DNA from: Mobula hypostoma
Lineage: Eukaryota
NCBI RefSeq assembly: GCF_963921235.1
Contig: NC_086109.1
Coordinates: 28,894,001-28,958,000 of the forward strand
Reading direction: 5' to 3'
DNA: 64,000 nucleotides
The position numbers and the translations under genes are program-made. The notes under the pieces are model-generated. The model saw nothing but the letters and a program-made list of their open reading frames with translations. It searched no databases and was not told the origin of the DNA. Shown here in pieces: positions 1 through 12,030 of this stretch (its first letter is position 1; the number at the start of each line of letters is the position of its first letter).

Positions 1-225
1 AAGCAGGTATGAGAGTGAGTGGCGTCAAGGAGGGCCAGACAGGGGTCATGCCCACCAGTACTCCTTGTCCTACTGGTGAGCGTTTGACTTTTACTGGGCA
101 GGTGGAGATAAAGTGGTCTGGTTGGCCACAGTACAGACAGGAGCAGGTGCTGATTCTCCTTTGTCTTTCAGTCGGCAACAGGCGGGCATAGTCAACCTTC
201 ATAGCTTCAGTCTCTGGAACAGGAA

Positions 226-1074
226 TTATAGATAGGGGCAAATGGCGTGGAAATGTAGGCTGACAAGGAGCTTGGAACTCACCCAGTGCCCCCAGGGACC
301 CTCTGGAACCCCTCCGGAACCCCTCCCTCTGCAGTGCTGCTGAAGGCGAACATCAATATGGATGGCCAAATCCACCAGGGCTTCAAAGGTGGCAGGAAGG
401 TCCTGGGTGACCAGCTCAACTTTGATGTCTTCGGAGAGACCATTCAGGAAGGTGTCGTACTGTGCCTCCGAGTTCCAGCCGCTGGAGGTGGCTAGGGTCC
501 GGAACTCTATGGCATAATCCAACACAGATTTGCGCCCCTGGTGTATGTGCAGCATTTCACGGGCAACCTCTCTCCCATATTTGGAGCAATCAAACACTTT
601 TCTCATCTCCTCAGAAAATAACTGAGAACTACTGCAGAAAGGGGAGCATGCCTCCCAGACAGCTGTTCCCCATTCTCTCGCCCGACCGGACACTTGGGTG
701 ATGATGTAGGCTACCTTGGCTTGATCAGTCAGAAATGTTGTTGGTTGCAATTCAGAAATGAGGGTGCACTGGGAAAGAAAAGAGCTGCAGGTACCAGGCT
801 CACCTGAGTACTTTTCTGGAGAAGTAAGACAGGGCTCGTGGATGGGAGGAGCATGCGAGGCCACAGACGGCGGGGCGGAAAATGCAGTCGCAGAATGTTG
901 ATGGGCGCTCTGGGATAGCTGGAGTGACTGAGTCTGGGCCACAAGGTTGGCTACATTGGCAGAAAGTGACTCCACTGCCCTGAACATGGAGTCCAGCTGG
1001 TTCTGATGTCTTCCCAGCAACATTTCCTGTTGTTCCAGGGCAGCTCTCAGACGACCAGGGTGTGCTAGATCCAT
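226..1074 (-). pseudogene. Sushi/PEG10-type Gag (capsid domain), frameshifted before the zinc knuckle
   Basis: N-terminal coiled coil, PEKYSGEPGTCSSFLSQC, AKVAYII..VSGRAREW, QGRKSVLDYAIEFRTLA..SGWN, FLNGLSEDIK; the EAMKVD...CLYCG..DHF...C tail lies in another frame. Confidence 0.85.
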
Positions 1075-1090
1075 TCTGGCCAGATTGTAC

Positions 1091-1581
1091 TGTCAGGATG
1101 CTGGAGCAGGGTTTCAATCACAGACCCAGTACTGTGCACACAGTGATATTAATTGAGTAACAATTCCCGAGGTGCAAACAAAGTCGACGTCAAAGTTCAG
1201 GCAAAGATCAAAACATCCAGAGAAATTCATAAACCAGAATCGGGAAACAGGCAGAGTCAATATTCAGACGGACAGAGTACAGATATAAATGCTGGAAAGG
1301 CTCAGGAAAATTCACTGTCACAACCTGGCAACAGGTGAAAACACAGGATTAAAATTCACTGAGCAATAAACAGAGAGGCAGATGATAGGTTGAGCACAAT
1401 GAGACAGAAGTGGCAGCAAAATAGGTAATAATGAGAAACAGGTGAGAGGCAGAGTACTCAGTAATACAGGGACCAGAGCAGAGCAGGAGTGGGGGCAGGA
1501 GCACATGGCAATACAAAACCACAGACTGACAGTAAGGGGCAAAACACACAAAAAGACAAAGTTCAACTGGAGGTACTGACA
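1091..1581 (-). repeat. 5' LTR of Sushi-like element
   Basis: tgtcag...ctgaca terminal inverted repeat; PBS region and gag ATG follow within 17 bp; right boundary could alternatively be 1531. Confidence 0.7.
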
Positions 1582-1754
1582 ACTAGGTGTAGAAGTGGAC
1601 AGAACACATTGTTCATTTCCTTGATCCATGAGAAATCAAGGAATCCATTATTCTTTGATTGGGACTACATACCTAATAACATGAGTACTTCTGCAGTATA
1701 CACCTGTTATAGCATAAATTACAGTTGAAAGCTCTGCCTACACTTCCCACTGCC

Positions 1755-2145
1755 TAGGATGGCAGCCAATATAATCAAGGGCCCCTCCAACTCTTATTAT
1801 TCTCTTCTCTCCCAACTCATCAGCCTGCCCCATCAAGAAGAAGATATGAAATACTAAGAACATCACCATGCTAAATGACAGGTTCTATCCCACTGTTATA
1901 AGACTATTGAATGGCCCTCATGATAAAGATGAACTCTTCACTTCTCAGTCTATCACATTTTGTCTACCTGCACTGCAGTATCTCTGTATCATTAATGTTA
2001 TATTCTGTAACATTATATTTGTATTGTATGTTGTTCTCCTTTTTTACTGCATTCATGTACTTACATATGCACTGATTTGTCTGGGTGGCTTTCAAACAAA
2101 AGCTTTTCACTACATCCTAGTACGTGTGACAATAATAAATCACTT
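1755..2145 (+). mobile_element. Rex1/Babar-like LINE 3' fragment, degenerate
   Basis: Resembles 3' ends at 8290-8530, 31300-31700 and 44400-44680 (ccatc.g..agaag.ta...; gacagg ttctatcccactgttataagact). Confidence 0.55.
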
Positions 2146-2649
2146 AACTATCAGCAGAAGAATTGCATTTCAATCAGCTCACAATGATTGAATCTGATCA
2201 TTATGTTACCAAGCTTTCCTATATAAGCAATCACTTTACACCAGCGTTTTTTCTCTTAATTCTATATTTTTCCCAAGTGAATTGGTGGCATAAAGCAGAT
2301 GTTTCATTTCACTGTATAACTTTCCTCATTTTCTATTTCCTTTCATGGTGGTTTTCTTGATGATCCTCTGTTCCTGGATGAACTGGCTTTAGGCTGCCCC
2401 TTTGGGCCACTTGGCAGGGATGACTGGTCATGGACAAGGGTGAGCATACTGCCTGATAGAGCATGGTGAAACAGTCTTGGAGCCCTAACGAAGGGAGACA
2501 TCATTGTCATGAATGTGCATACCTGGTGATCTAATGGGGGAATGACTAGAGAATTGTACAATCACCTGCAGATACTGAGAGGACTTCATCATCGTGTCAA
2601 CCAGGACAAACCTGAACACAAGAGATACCACAGATGCTAGAACTCTTGA

Positions 2650-2752
2650 GCAGGACTTCAAAGGGTCTTGTTCTGAAATATCAACTGTGTATTCCCTTCC
2701 ATAGATGCTGCCTGGCCTGCTGAGTTTCTCCAGCAGTTTGTGTACGTTGCTC
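2650..2752 (+). mobile_element. Penelope-like element 3'/pLTR fragment, degenerate
   Basis: ccatagatgctgcctggcctgctgagtttctccagca matches the termini of the Penelope copies elsewhere in the window. Confidence 0.7.
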
Positions 2753-3174
2753 GGCAAAAAAATGGAACTGGTTCCAAGTTCCCAAATCACAGATTGTTGG
2801 TCCTCATTGAGAGCGAGTTGGGAATAGGGAAGTTGAAGAAGAGAACGTATTCTGTACTTCTGGTGAAGAGAGCCAAGATCCAGTATGTCATATCTCTGCT
2901 CCTGTAACAGAGGTCTGTTTACATTTGTCCTCTCTCTCCTCATGCACGAGAGCAGACTGTTGATGTATGTTTGCAGAAAGTGACTTCAACTGCTCACACA
3001 CACACCACCCCTTTGCTTGTGTAGATGGTGGCGTGTTCATTGGTTCCTCCCTGTGTCCACTGGCAGCAGTTGCCTGCTGACAAATGTCATCTCACATTTC
3101 AAAAAAAAATGGTGAAATCCAGTTTTTTTTTTGGCATTGAGTTCATGTTGTTCTATTATTTTTCTTAAAGTCTA

Positions 3175-3980
3175 ACAATTCCGTTCGGAGCTCTGGTAGC
3201 GCTCGACAGCAACTCCTTCGATCTTATCTGCGGAAACAGCTTAATTTCTACCTTTAATGTCTCTCTGTTTTCTTCTCAAGCTGGATTGGGTTCAGTCAAA
3301 GACCCTAATCTAGAGCTACACCTATACTTCAGTTCTTTGTGGTCTGTTATTTAATACCCCAAGCATGCGGCCAGGAAGATGAGCACTTTGGAGTTCAGAG
3401 GCTTTGTAGCCCTGGAGATGAGGCAATTCTCTACCAGTGCTGCCAATTGAAGGTGTCATGGGAGAAAACAGAACATCAGGATCAGTGGCTTTGTACTCGG
3501 CAAATCACGCTCTCTATCTTTTTCTCATTGGTGGGAAGAGTTTGTTGTCTGCGACCTCAGGATGAAAAGTGATACAGCAGACTTTTACACAGTAATCAGT
3601 GAGATTTTTGTCTTTGTTGGTCTCCCCTCTCACTGTGAAAGGGGAACACCCCTCTATCCCTTTACTAGGAAGAGAGAGAGCCTGTGGTAAGTCGAATAAT
3701 CAGGTGAATGATCAGTTTTGTTGTACTGCAGATTCTGGTCTTTCTTGTGGGTTTTGCTGTTTTCTTGCTTGGTGCTGGTGCTCTTTATTGCTGAAGTGAG
3801 GGAAGGGAGGGCCATTGCTTTGCTTGTGCACGGGGGAGAAGGAGGGAGGCTTTGGGGTTATAACATTTTTACTGTCACTCATTCTTTGAGGCACTCTTCT
3901 GTTTATGTGGATGTCTGTAAAGAACAAGAATTTCAGGTTGCATATTGTATACAATTCTCTGAAATTAAATTGAACTATTG
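3175..3980 (+). mobile_element. Non-autonomous retroposon (SINE/LINE-derived) of uncertain family
   Basis: CpG-containing 5' part, T-rich body, 3' end 'aagaatttcaggttgcatattgtatac...attaaattgaactattg' resembling the LINE-derived tails in this window. Confidence 0.5.
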
Positions 3981-5061
3981 GATGCAGGTATGTATCTAAA
4001 TGCACATTTCTAACAGAAACATAACTGCTTCAGTCACCAGCCCACTTTTAAGTCAAGCTCAAAATCGATTACACTATTTTCCACAGTGTACAACTGCATG
4101 AATTCATCTTGAAATTAGAAAGTATAATGGTAGCAGCCTGGATTCTTAATTAACATATTTCTAGACAGCTGACAACTTGTGTCATATCTTGTGTGATTTT
4201 TTTAATACATGTTTTGGTGCAGGTGAGCTCAATCTTAAAGCTGAATAGGACACCTGACACCATTTCTAATTGGCCATTAATACTAGTCAGGGAAAAAGTA
4301 ACAACAAATATTAATTTGTGCGAGTAATAAAAAATAGAGCTTTACTTATATATGATAAGATACTGCACCTTATAGGTTTTCTTTAGAGTGCTAAATGGAG
4401 TTGGACAAAGCCTTATTATATTTATTGCTTCCTGTCCATTAATAATCACTCCTGTCCTCTCAGCAGTCATTAAGGTGTATCTGAAAGTCCTTTACTGATA
4501 GTATATTATCTGTTCATAACAGCGGCTTGCTCTCAGATTTTGTGGCCCCTGTATTAAAGATGAAAATTCCATTAGCTCTCTTTTACAACCTTTTCAACTT
4601 GATATACTTCCTTTAATGTCTTGTGAACTTATCCTCCCCAAGCCCTCTTTCACAGATTGGAGTCTTCATCCATTCAATGCATGATTCTTGGTGGAATTTC
4701 AATATTTGAGGTGCAATATGCCTCATTGCTTAACTGAATCACACATGCCTCTTTTTGTCTGTTCCTCAAATACACCAATGCTCTTGCGCATTGTACTTCA
4801 GACTTCAAAAAGTTAAATATTCCTTCTTTATTAATAGCATCTGCGATTATTGACAAATTAATTTTAAACGTAAATCCAAATCATTGGTAAACAGTACATA
4901 TAGAAATGGCTCTAAAAGTGAACAATGAACAACAGCACTAATCTCTTCCAATTAAAACCTACATCTAACCAAACATTCATTCAGTTTGCTATTACTCTTC
5001 TAATCCCTTGCACTTTAACCTTCTCTACTTATCTTGTTAAAGGTTTCTGGTCCATACAGGA

Positions 5062-5141
5062 CAGGGGTTCACAACTTTTTTTATGCAATGGACCAACACA
5101 ATTAGGCAAGGAGCCCATGGAACCCAGGTTGGGAACCCCTG
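5062..5141. mobile_element. hAT-like MITE (80 bp)
   Basis: TIRs caggggttc/gaacccctg; flanked by imperfect 8-bp TSD atacagga/atatagaa. Confidence 0.7.
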
Positions 5142-5324
5142 ATATAGAAGGTGTCTGCTGCATTTCACACTTGGCTGTTATGTGTTCAAAGAAGTTTATA
5201 AGGAATGCTGGCTGTGACTGTATTTTTCAAAATTAGCTACATTATTTACTTTCTTTACATGGTGATTTAATTACTAATGTTTTTGCATTAAATCCTGTGA
5301 GTGAATGTAGGGACAATGTTTCCT

Positions 5325-5490
5325 AAATTGGGGAGTCTAGGTTGATAGGTTCTTGATTAATAAAGATGTCAAAGGTTACGGGGTGAAGACAGGAGAGTGG
5401 GGTTGAGAGGGATAATAAATCAGCCCTGATGGAATGACAGCACAGACTTGATGGACTGAAGGGCCTAATTCTGCTCCCATGTCTTATAGC
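5325..5490 (+). mobile_element. CR1-like LINE 3' tail fragment
   Basis: gataggttcttgatt...gtcaaaggttacgggg...gatggactgaagggcctaattctgctccc. Confidence 0.6.
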
Positions 5491-5749
5491 TGTATAGACT
5501 AAATCCTAAATTAGCTCTACCTCTCTTTTTTAATAGTGATAGCATTTACCACTTTGTAGTTCTTTATCACCTATACCAATCATATAATCAAACTCTGAAA
5601 AGCACAGTGAGATTTTAATATTTACCTGGTTGTCCCAACTTCAATGTTATTCACAAAATCAGGTGGGATATAAAACTATCAAAACAATCAATACTTTCAG
5701 TTTTTTTGCTAGGATTTGCTCTGAATTTCTTTTTTAGGCACTATGAACA

Positions 5750-6015
5750 GGTGGCAGAGTAGCATAATGGTTAGCACAACACTTTACAGTACCAGCAACC
5801 TGGGTTCAACTCCTGCTGCTATCTGTCATGTGTTTGTACATTCTCTCTGTAGCTACATGGGTTTGCTCTGGCATCCTCCTACAGTCCAAAGGCTAATTGG
5901 TCATTGTAAATCGTCCCATGGTCCCATAATTATGCAAGGATTAAATCGGGGATATCAGAATGGCATGTCTCAAAGGGCCAGAAAGGCCTATTCTGCACTG
6001 TATCTCAATAAATAA
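5750..6015 (+). mobile_element. tRNA-derived V-SINE (HE1-like)
   Basis: A/B-box-like head (tggttagcac...gggttcaactcc), central tttgtacattctc...gggttt...tccaaa, tail tgtatctcaataaataa; paralogous to 60196-60480. Confidence 0.75.
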
Positions 6016-6679
6016 TTCCTCCTGTATCCAGTATATTTGGAATCTAGCATATATAGTAGAATCCTAATAGATGTTTCACTGGTTAATTTCAGATTCAGAT
6101 TAGTTTAATGTCGTATACACCAGGATGCAATGAAATTCCTTGCCTGCGTGAAGCTCAGGATGAACAGCATTCAGAATTTTAATTTAGAGATGCGGGTAAA
6201 ACAATGGTATGATGGAAAGTATAGTAGTGTAAACTGAAGTAGTTTTTCCACTAATTGTAGGAAACATTGCTTTTATCCTGAGGGAAGTGAAAAGGTCCTG
6301 CAATAATTTTGTCATTGATTTTGAGGAGGATGGAGCTTGGCATGGTCATTGAAAATGCATTACCGCGCATTATTTAAACTGAGTACTAAAATCATGATGG
6401 AAATCAATAATATAACAGAACTAAGATATGGTCTGGATATTGTTGCCTGATTTGAATATAGCCATCATCCTTTCTGATTTTCTCTAAATATAGGCTTAAA
6501 TAAAATTTTAACTTCCATTTCTCTTCACTGCAGTCAAATCTGAGTGAACTTTAAATTATTTCCTTGAATTTATGTCTTAACTCATCCATAATCTTATGGA
6601 CATAAATAACATTTGAATTTTAAACAACTAATAAAAATCACACATTACCTGTTTCAGGAAAGCAAAATGGGTAATTGTC

Positions 6680-6812
6680 CAGTCCTGATGAAGAGTCTCG
6701 GCCTGAAACATCGACTGTTTACTCTTTTCCATGGATGCTGCCTGGCTTGCTGAGTTCCTCCAGCTTTTTGTGTGTGTTTCTTTGGATTTCCAGCATCTGC
6801 AGATTTTCTCTT
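6680..6812 (+). mobile_element. Penelope-like pLTR fragment with degenerate hammerhead motif
   Basis: cagtc-ctgatga-agagtctcggcct-gaaa-catc-gactg followed by the conserved gatgctgcctgg...gagttcctccagc...ggatttccagcatctgcaga terminus. Confidence 0.8.
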
Positions 6813-7529
6813 TGTGGATAATTGCACCTTTAACTTTTCTAAAAAATCATGTTGTTGTAAGTTTGTATGTGAGACATCCATTTTCATTCCAGTTATAGAA
6901 CAGAATATGACATTATAATTATATTCAGACATCTTAAATGCCACTCTTTGTAATTTACAGCCCTTTTGTTTACATTTCTCATGCTCGACAGATTTATTAT
7001 ATATCAAGAGATTAAAGTAAGGAGCTAAATTAACCATCGAATAGGAAAGTCAAGTTCTTTATTGAACCATTTTTAAGCGGTTTCATTGATGATAGCAATG
7101 CTGGAAGTGAATAAGCAAACAAATCTCCCTTGTGAATGCAATTTATTTGCCTTTTTTTTAAACCAAAAATGTAACACTTGATACCATTAATATATTTATT
7201 ACTTGGCGGATATAATTAAAACCTTCCAAACATGACATTTTCGTATAGTTAATTGGAACTCATAAATACTTTGATTACATTGTACTAAAAAGTTTATTAT
7301 TTGTTCAAAGAATAATAAACAGTTTGCTGCTTTGATGGAGCATTCATCATACAGATAGGTACACGTTAATGGGCTGAATGGCCTTTTATAGTCATTGATC
7401 TCTCTCACTTCTATTTTTTGGCATATCTGGTTTATGCTAGGGTGATGTATTACATAACTTGTTTCCATTCTGTATCATTTGACCCTATTTAAATGTCCTG
7501 TTTCTTCCTCACTCAAGAATTTATTGTAT

Positions 7530-7960
7530 GTAACGGTCCGTTAGATATCACAGAGTATACAGCATGGAAACAGGCTCCTTAGCTCAACTGGCCAGCAAAG
7601 ATTCCCATCTAAGCCCGTCCCATGTGCCTGCATTTACATATCTCTAAATCTTTCTTATCCAAGTACCTTTTAAATGTTGTCAATGTACCTGCCTCAGTCA
7701 CTTCTTGTGGTAGCTCATTCCATACGCTGACCCCTCTTTGGATGAAAACAGTTGCCCCTCAAGTTCCTCCTAAATCTTTCACCCCTTCATCATGATCCTA
7801 AGCCCTCTAGTTCTTGATTCCTCAACACTGCGCAAAAGGCTGTGCACATTCACCATGTCTACGCCCTCATTACTTTAAACACATCTGTAAGATCACGCCT
7901 CATTCTCTAATGCATCAATGAAAAACTTCCCAACTTGCTCAAGCTCCTTCCATAGCTCTC
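7530..7960 (-). mobile_element. CR1-like LINE 3' fragment
   Basis: Reverse-orientation CR1 3' region (acagcatggaaacaggc..., gtacctgcctc..cacttc..tggtagctcattcca). Confidence 0.7.
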
Positions 7961-8199
7961 CAGTTGTACTGATGCTTTTTGCCATGTAGTTTTGGGAGAA
8001 CATTCTCACAGACAAGATTTATGAAAATTTGGAAAAAGTTGAATCTGAATTGGGACCAGTCAATATGGCTTTGTGCTGGGCAGATCATGCCTCATGAGCC
8101 TAATTGACTTCCTTGATGAAGTGAAAAAACAAATTTAGGAAGGTAGAGTGGTGCATGTCATGTATATGGATATTAATAAGGTATACAACAAGGTTCCCC

Positions 8200-8289
8200 A
8201 TGATAGGCTCATTCAGAAATCCAATCACTTATGATAGGCTCATTCAGACATCCCATCACCTATGACAGGCTCATTCAGAAATCTCATTG
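8200..8289 (+). repeat. Triple 31-bp tandem repeat
   Basis: atgataggctcattcaga... units start at 8200, 8231 and 8262. Confidence 0.9.
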
Positions 8290-8533
8290 GTACCATCAGG
8301 GAGGGAGATACAGAAGCCTGAAGGCACACATTCGATGATTTGTGACCAGCTTCTTCCCATCTACCATCAGATTTCTGAATAGTCACTGAACCCATGAACA
8401 CTACCTCACTACTTTCTTTCCTCTCTCTTTTTACACACTTCTTATGGTAATCCACAGTTTTTGTTATCATGCATTGCAATGTACTGCTACAAATTTCACA
8501 GCATATACCAGTGATAGTAAACCTGTTTCTGAA
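8290..8533 (+). mobile_element. Rex1/Babar-like 3' tail inserted in CR1
   Basis: taccatcagggagg.gatacag.agcctgaaggcacac...aaacctg.ttctga; CR1 resumes at ~8534. Confidence 0.65.
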
Positions 8534-8839
8534 TTCAGGAATCATGGGATCCAGGAAAACTTTGCTGCATAGATTCGGAATTCACTCGCACACAGAACAC
8601 AGATCGTAGTAGTAGATAAATATTTTCAACCTGGAGAGCGGTGATTAGTGGTGTTCGCCTGGAATCTGTTCTGGGACCCCCTACTCTTTTCAATTTTTGT
8701 AAATGACATGGACAAGGAAGCAAAAGGGTGGGTTAGTACGTTTGCAGATGAAACAACGGTTGGTGGTGTTATGGATAATCTGAAAGGTTGTTATAGATTA
8801 CAATGAGATATTGGTAGGACGCAGAGTTGGGCTGAAAAA

Positions 8840-9521
8840 GGAGGGGAGGAGAAGACGGCGGCACAACGCAGCACGCGCGGCCGCTCCGAAATGATATCGT
8901 ATTTGTTAAGTAGGGGCCGTGCACAAGCCTGATTTGATGGAGACAGACGTGAGAAGCATGGAGGAACATCTGGAGAAACTTCTGAAATGCCTGCTTCGTT
9001 GCCACTGCTACTGTGCGATCAAGAATCTCCGGAGGGGAAGGCCCCAAATCCTCGGCTTTGCCTATTGCCGGGGCCGGGGTCGAAGCGCTCAGCCGAGATC
9101 GTGCTCGGTGCTCAGTGTCGGAGGGCTGGTCGGAGGCTCGAAGTTTTCGGATGGACTCAAGAGTCGGCTGTGGTCGGGTGCTTCATCAGCAAGTTTGCGG
9201 CGCTGGAGGTTCATGGCAGGAAGAGTTTTTTTTCTTCCTTCTACCGTCTGCATGAGATGATGGGACTTTTGAGAGACATTGAGTCTTTTTTTTTTACCAT
9301 GCCCATGGTCTGTTCTTTATCAAATTATGGCATTGCTTTGCACTGTTGTAACTATATGTTATAATTATGTGGGTTTTGTCAGTTTTTCAGTCGATTTGTC
9401 TTGTGTTTCTGTGATATCATTCTGGAGGAACATTGTATCATTTCTTAATGCATGCATTACTAAATGACAATAAAACAGGACTGCATGTCCTCATAATCTA
9501 AATCTAAAAAAAAGTCTAACC
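8840..9521 (+). mobile_element. Young CpG-rich non-autonomous retroposon nested in CR1
   Basis: Abrupt CpG-rich block, AATAAA near 9469 and (aatcta)n/A-rich tail; CR1 sequence gggctga.aag|tggc..tggagttc is split around it. Confidence 0.75.
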
Positions 9522-12030
9522 TAAGTGGCGGGTGGAGTTCATTATGGAGAAATGCGAAGTGATGCACTTTGGTAGGTAAAACTTGAAGTCCAATTACAAG
9601 GTTGATGGCAGGATTCTTAGCAGTGCTGCGGAACAGAGGGGTCTTGGGGTCTATATCCAGAAATTGATCAAAGTTGCTGTGGAAGTCGAAAGGATGGTTA
9701 AGAAAGTTTGTGATGTGTTGGCTTTCATTAGTCATAGGATTGATACGAAGAGCTGTGAGGTAATAATGCAGCTCTATGAAATTTGGTTAGATCACACTAG
9801 GAATAATGTTTTCAGTTCTAGTCGTCTATTATGGGAAGGATGTGGAAGCTTTATAGACTATACAGTGATGATTTACTAGGACGCTGCCTGGATTAGAGAA
9901 ATCTCTCATGAAGAAAGGTTGAGCAAGATAGAGCTTTTCTCTTTGGAGCAAAGAAATAGATAAGCATGATGGAGATGATCAGAGTCATAGACAGAGTAGA
10001 CAGCCAGCATCTTTTTCCCAGATGAATATGAGAAGGCATCATTTTATGGTGATAGGTGTAAAGCATAGGAGGGATGTCAGAGGTAGTGTCTTTACACTAA
10101 GCGTGGTAACTGTGTGGAACACACTGCCAGGTGTGGTGTTAGCAGCAGGTACATTAGGGATGTTTAAAATGCTCTTAGGTAGGCACATGGATGAAAGAGA
10201 AATGCAGGGCTATACGTGAGGGAAGTGTTAGATTGATCTTGGAGTAGGTTAAACGTCCAACAGAACATTATGGGCTGAAGGGCCTTGATTGTGCTTTACT
10301 GTTCTATGTTCTTAATAGTTCTACATCAGGCAATTCCACAAATACAGCACATCGAGGGCGCCCCTCCTGCACAATGACCACAAAGTAACATTCATAATTG
10401 TCTTGCCTATCTTTGATCTCCTCAACATGTGGAAAGATCTTCTTCACAAATAGAATGTCATAACTGTAAGCACATTCATCAGATGCCCACTCCTATTTTT
10501 CTAAAGATAGCTGCAGCCCTTGCAATCTTTATTGCTAGGTATCAATTTTCAGTTCCATCTTTATCCTTAAAGTTACATTTTCATATTTATTGACTATCTC
10601 AAAACTCCTTGTATAACATGGAGACCAGTATACTTAGTGTTACAAGTGCAAGCTAATCAACATAGTTTCTCTGCCGTTCAATTCTATGCCGGCAGAATTC
10701 TGGTTGGGGCAAGTCTTCCATTGACTCAGATTTTCAATCTGCTCCAGCACAGATTAGAATACAACCTCCAGTTGTAAGCAGGACACTGGGGAGCTGTCTC
10801 AGCCTAAAGCATCAGTTGCAGTCAGCGAACAGCTTTGGCAGAGGCAAAGCTGAGTGAGGTACCATCTCCAAGGCTTACTAACTCACCAAGCTGTCAGTGT
10901 GATTGTGACAACTGAATGTTTGTGAATGTCTTTGAAAATCATTGTCAAGGAATAATATTCAATCTGATCTTTGATAGGTGATTCGACATACTGGATAATG
11001 GGCTGAATGTGCTTTGTGCCTTTGATGTCTGTAAGTGTTTCTTAACATTTGGGACATGTTAGTAAGGTAACAATATTGCTAAAAAATCTATTTTTAGAAA
11101 AAATAAGCACTGAAAATCACATTCATGCACTAAAGATCAGTCAAAGTTATGAAAACTGACAAAGATATTGGAAAGAACATTGTCTTTTCTCATGTCAGAC
11201 AATTTCTTCCATTCATCTGAATGAGGATTTGCTATAATTCCAACACATTTAACCTGACTTTCTAGCATTAGAGCAGGGGAGCTTTTGGGAGATTATGCTG
11301 GACTTCATGAAGAGTACATCAGAACTTCTGCAATTGGCAATGGCCAGGCAGAAGAAAGTCTGCAGGGGATGGCGGAAGAGGCTGATGTAATAGGACAGTT
11401 AAGAAACTCTTAAATGAGCACATGGATACAAGAAAAATTTAGGGCTGCATAGAAGGGAAGGATTAGAGTAACTGTAGAGCAGGTTTATATGTGTACAGTA
11501 TATCAGCATTTCATTGTGGATCAAAGATCTCATACTGTGCTGTATTGTTCTATGTTCCAAGAAGCCTATCTGGCTTCGGCCACAGTAGCAGTCAAAATGG
11601 GGTAAGTGCCACAATAAATATTTCTGATAGGATAGAAGATTCAGGTTTCTCAAATGTGCAGTGAAGAAATAACCATCCTATCAAACTTCAAAGTCAAAGA
11701 GGAGTTTATTATAATATGTATCAACTGCCTGTATGTGCAGTTGTGATGAAACATTTACCTGCAGCACCATCAAATGGAATATAGAACATGAACAACATTC
11801 ACAATAGAAACAAATTAATCACAAATTATACAAGGGACACAATTAGAACAGAAAATAAAATCAACATTTATTGTAGTGCAAAGTGGTCAATGTCGTCATA
11901 GTGTTGCTATACTGAGGTGACGGTTAGAGTTTGCTCTCAGCCTAGCTAGACGATCATGTGGTAATGTGGGTTACATAAAGAATTAGTAGAAATTATATTT
12001 ACTTGATGAGCCAAAAATGCCTCCTACTAT

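Larger units (their letters stand above)
1..1581 (-). mobile_element. Sushi/PEG10-like Ty3/Gypsy LTR retrotransposon, 5' part (LTR, PBS, gag, start of pol); continues beyond window start
   Basis: TG..CA-bounded LTR 1091-~1581 directly upstream of a retrotransposon gag ORF; CCHC knuckle CLYCGQPDHFISTC in a shifted frame at ~98-139. Confidence 0.9.
7985..10312 (+). mobile_element. CR1-like LINE, 5'-truncated and degenerate, interrupted by two insertions
   Basis: RT remnants (KVPH.RL at ~8190; FAD.T.VGGV at ~8740), CR1 C-terminal coding remnants and tail tactgttctatgttct at ~10300. Confidence 0.85.

Noticed and set aside
226..1074. PEG10/RTL orthologue
   Set aside because: Still attached to an LTR and frameshifted; PEG10 is a therian domestication.
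2485..2943. 152-aa ORF as a host exon
   Set aside because: Crosses a Penelope fragment and has no recognisable domain.
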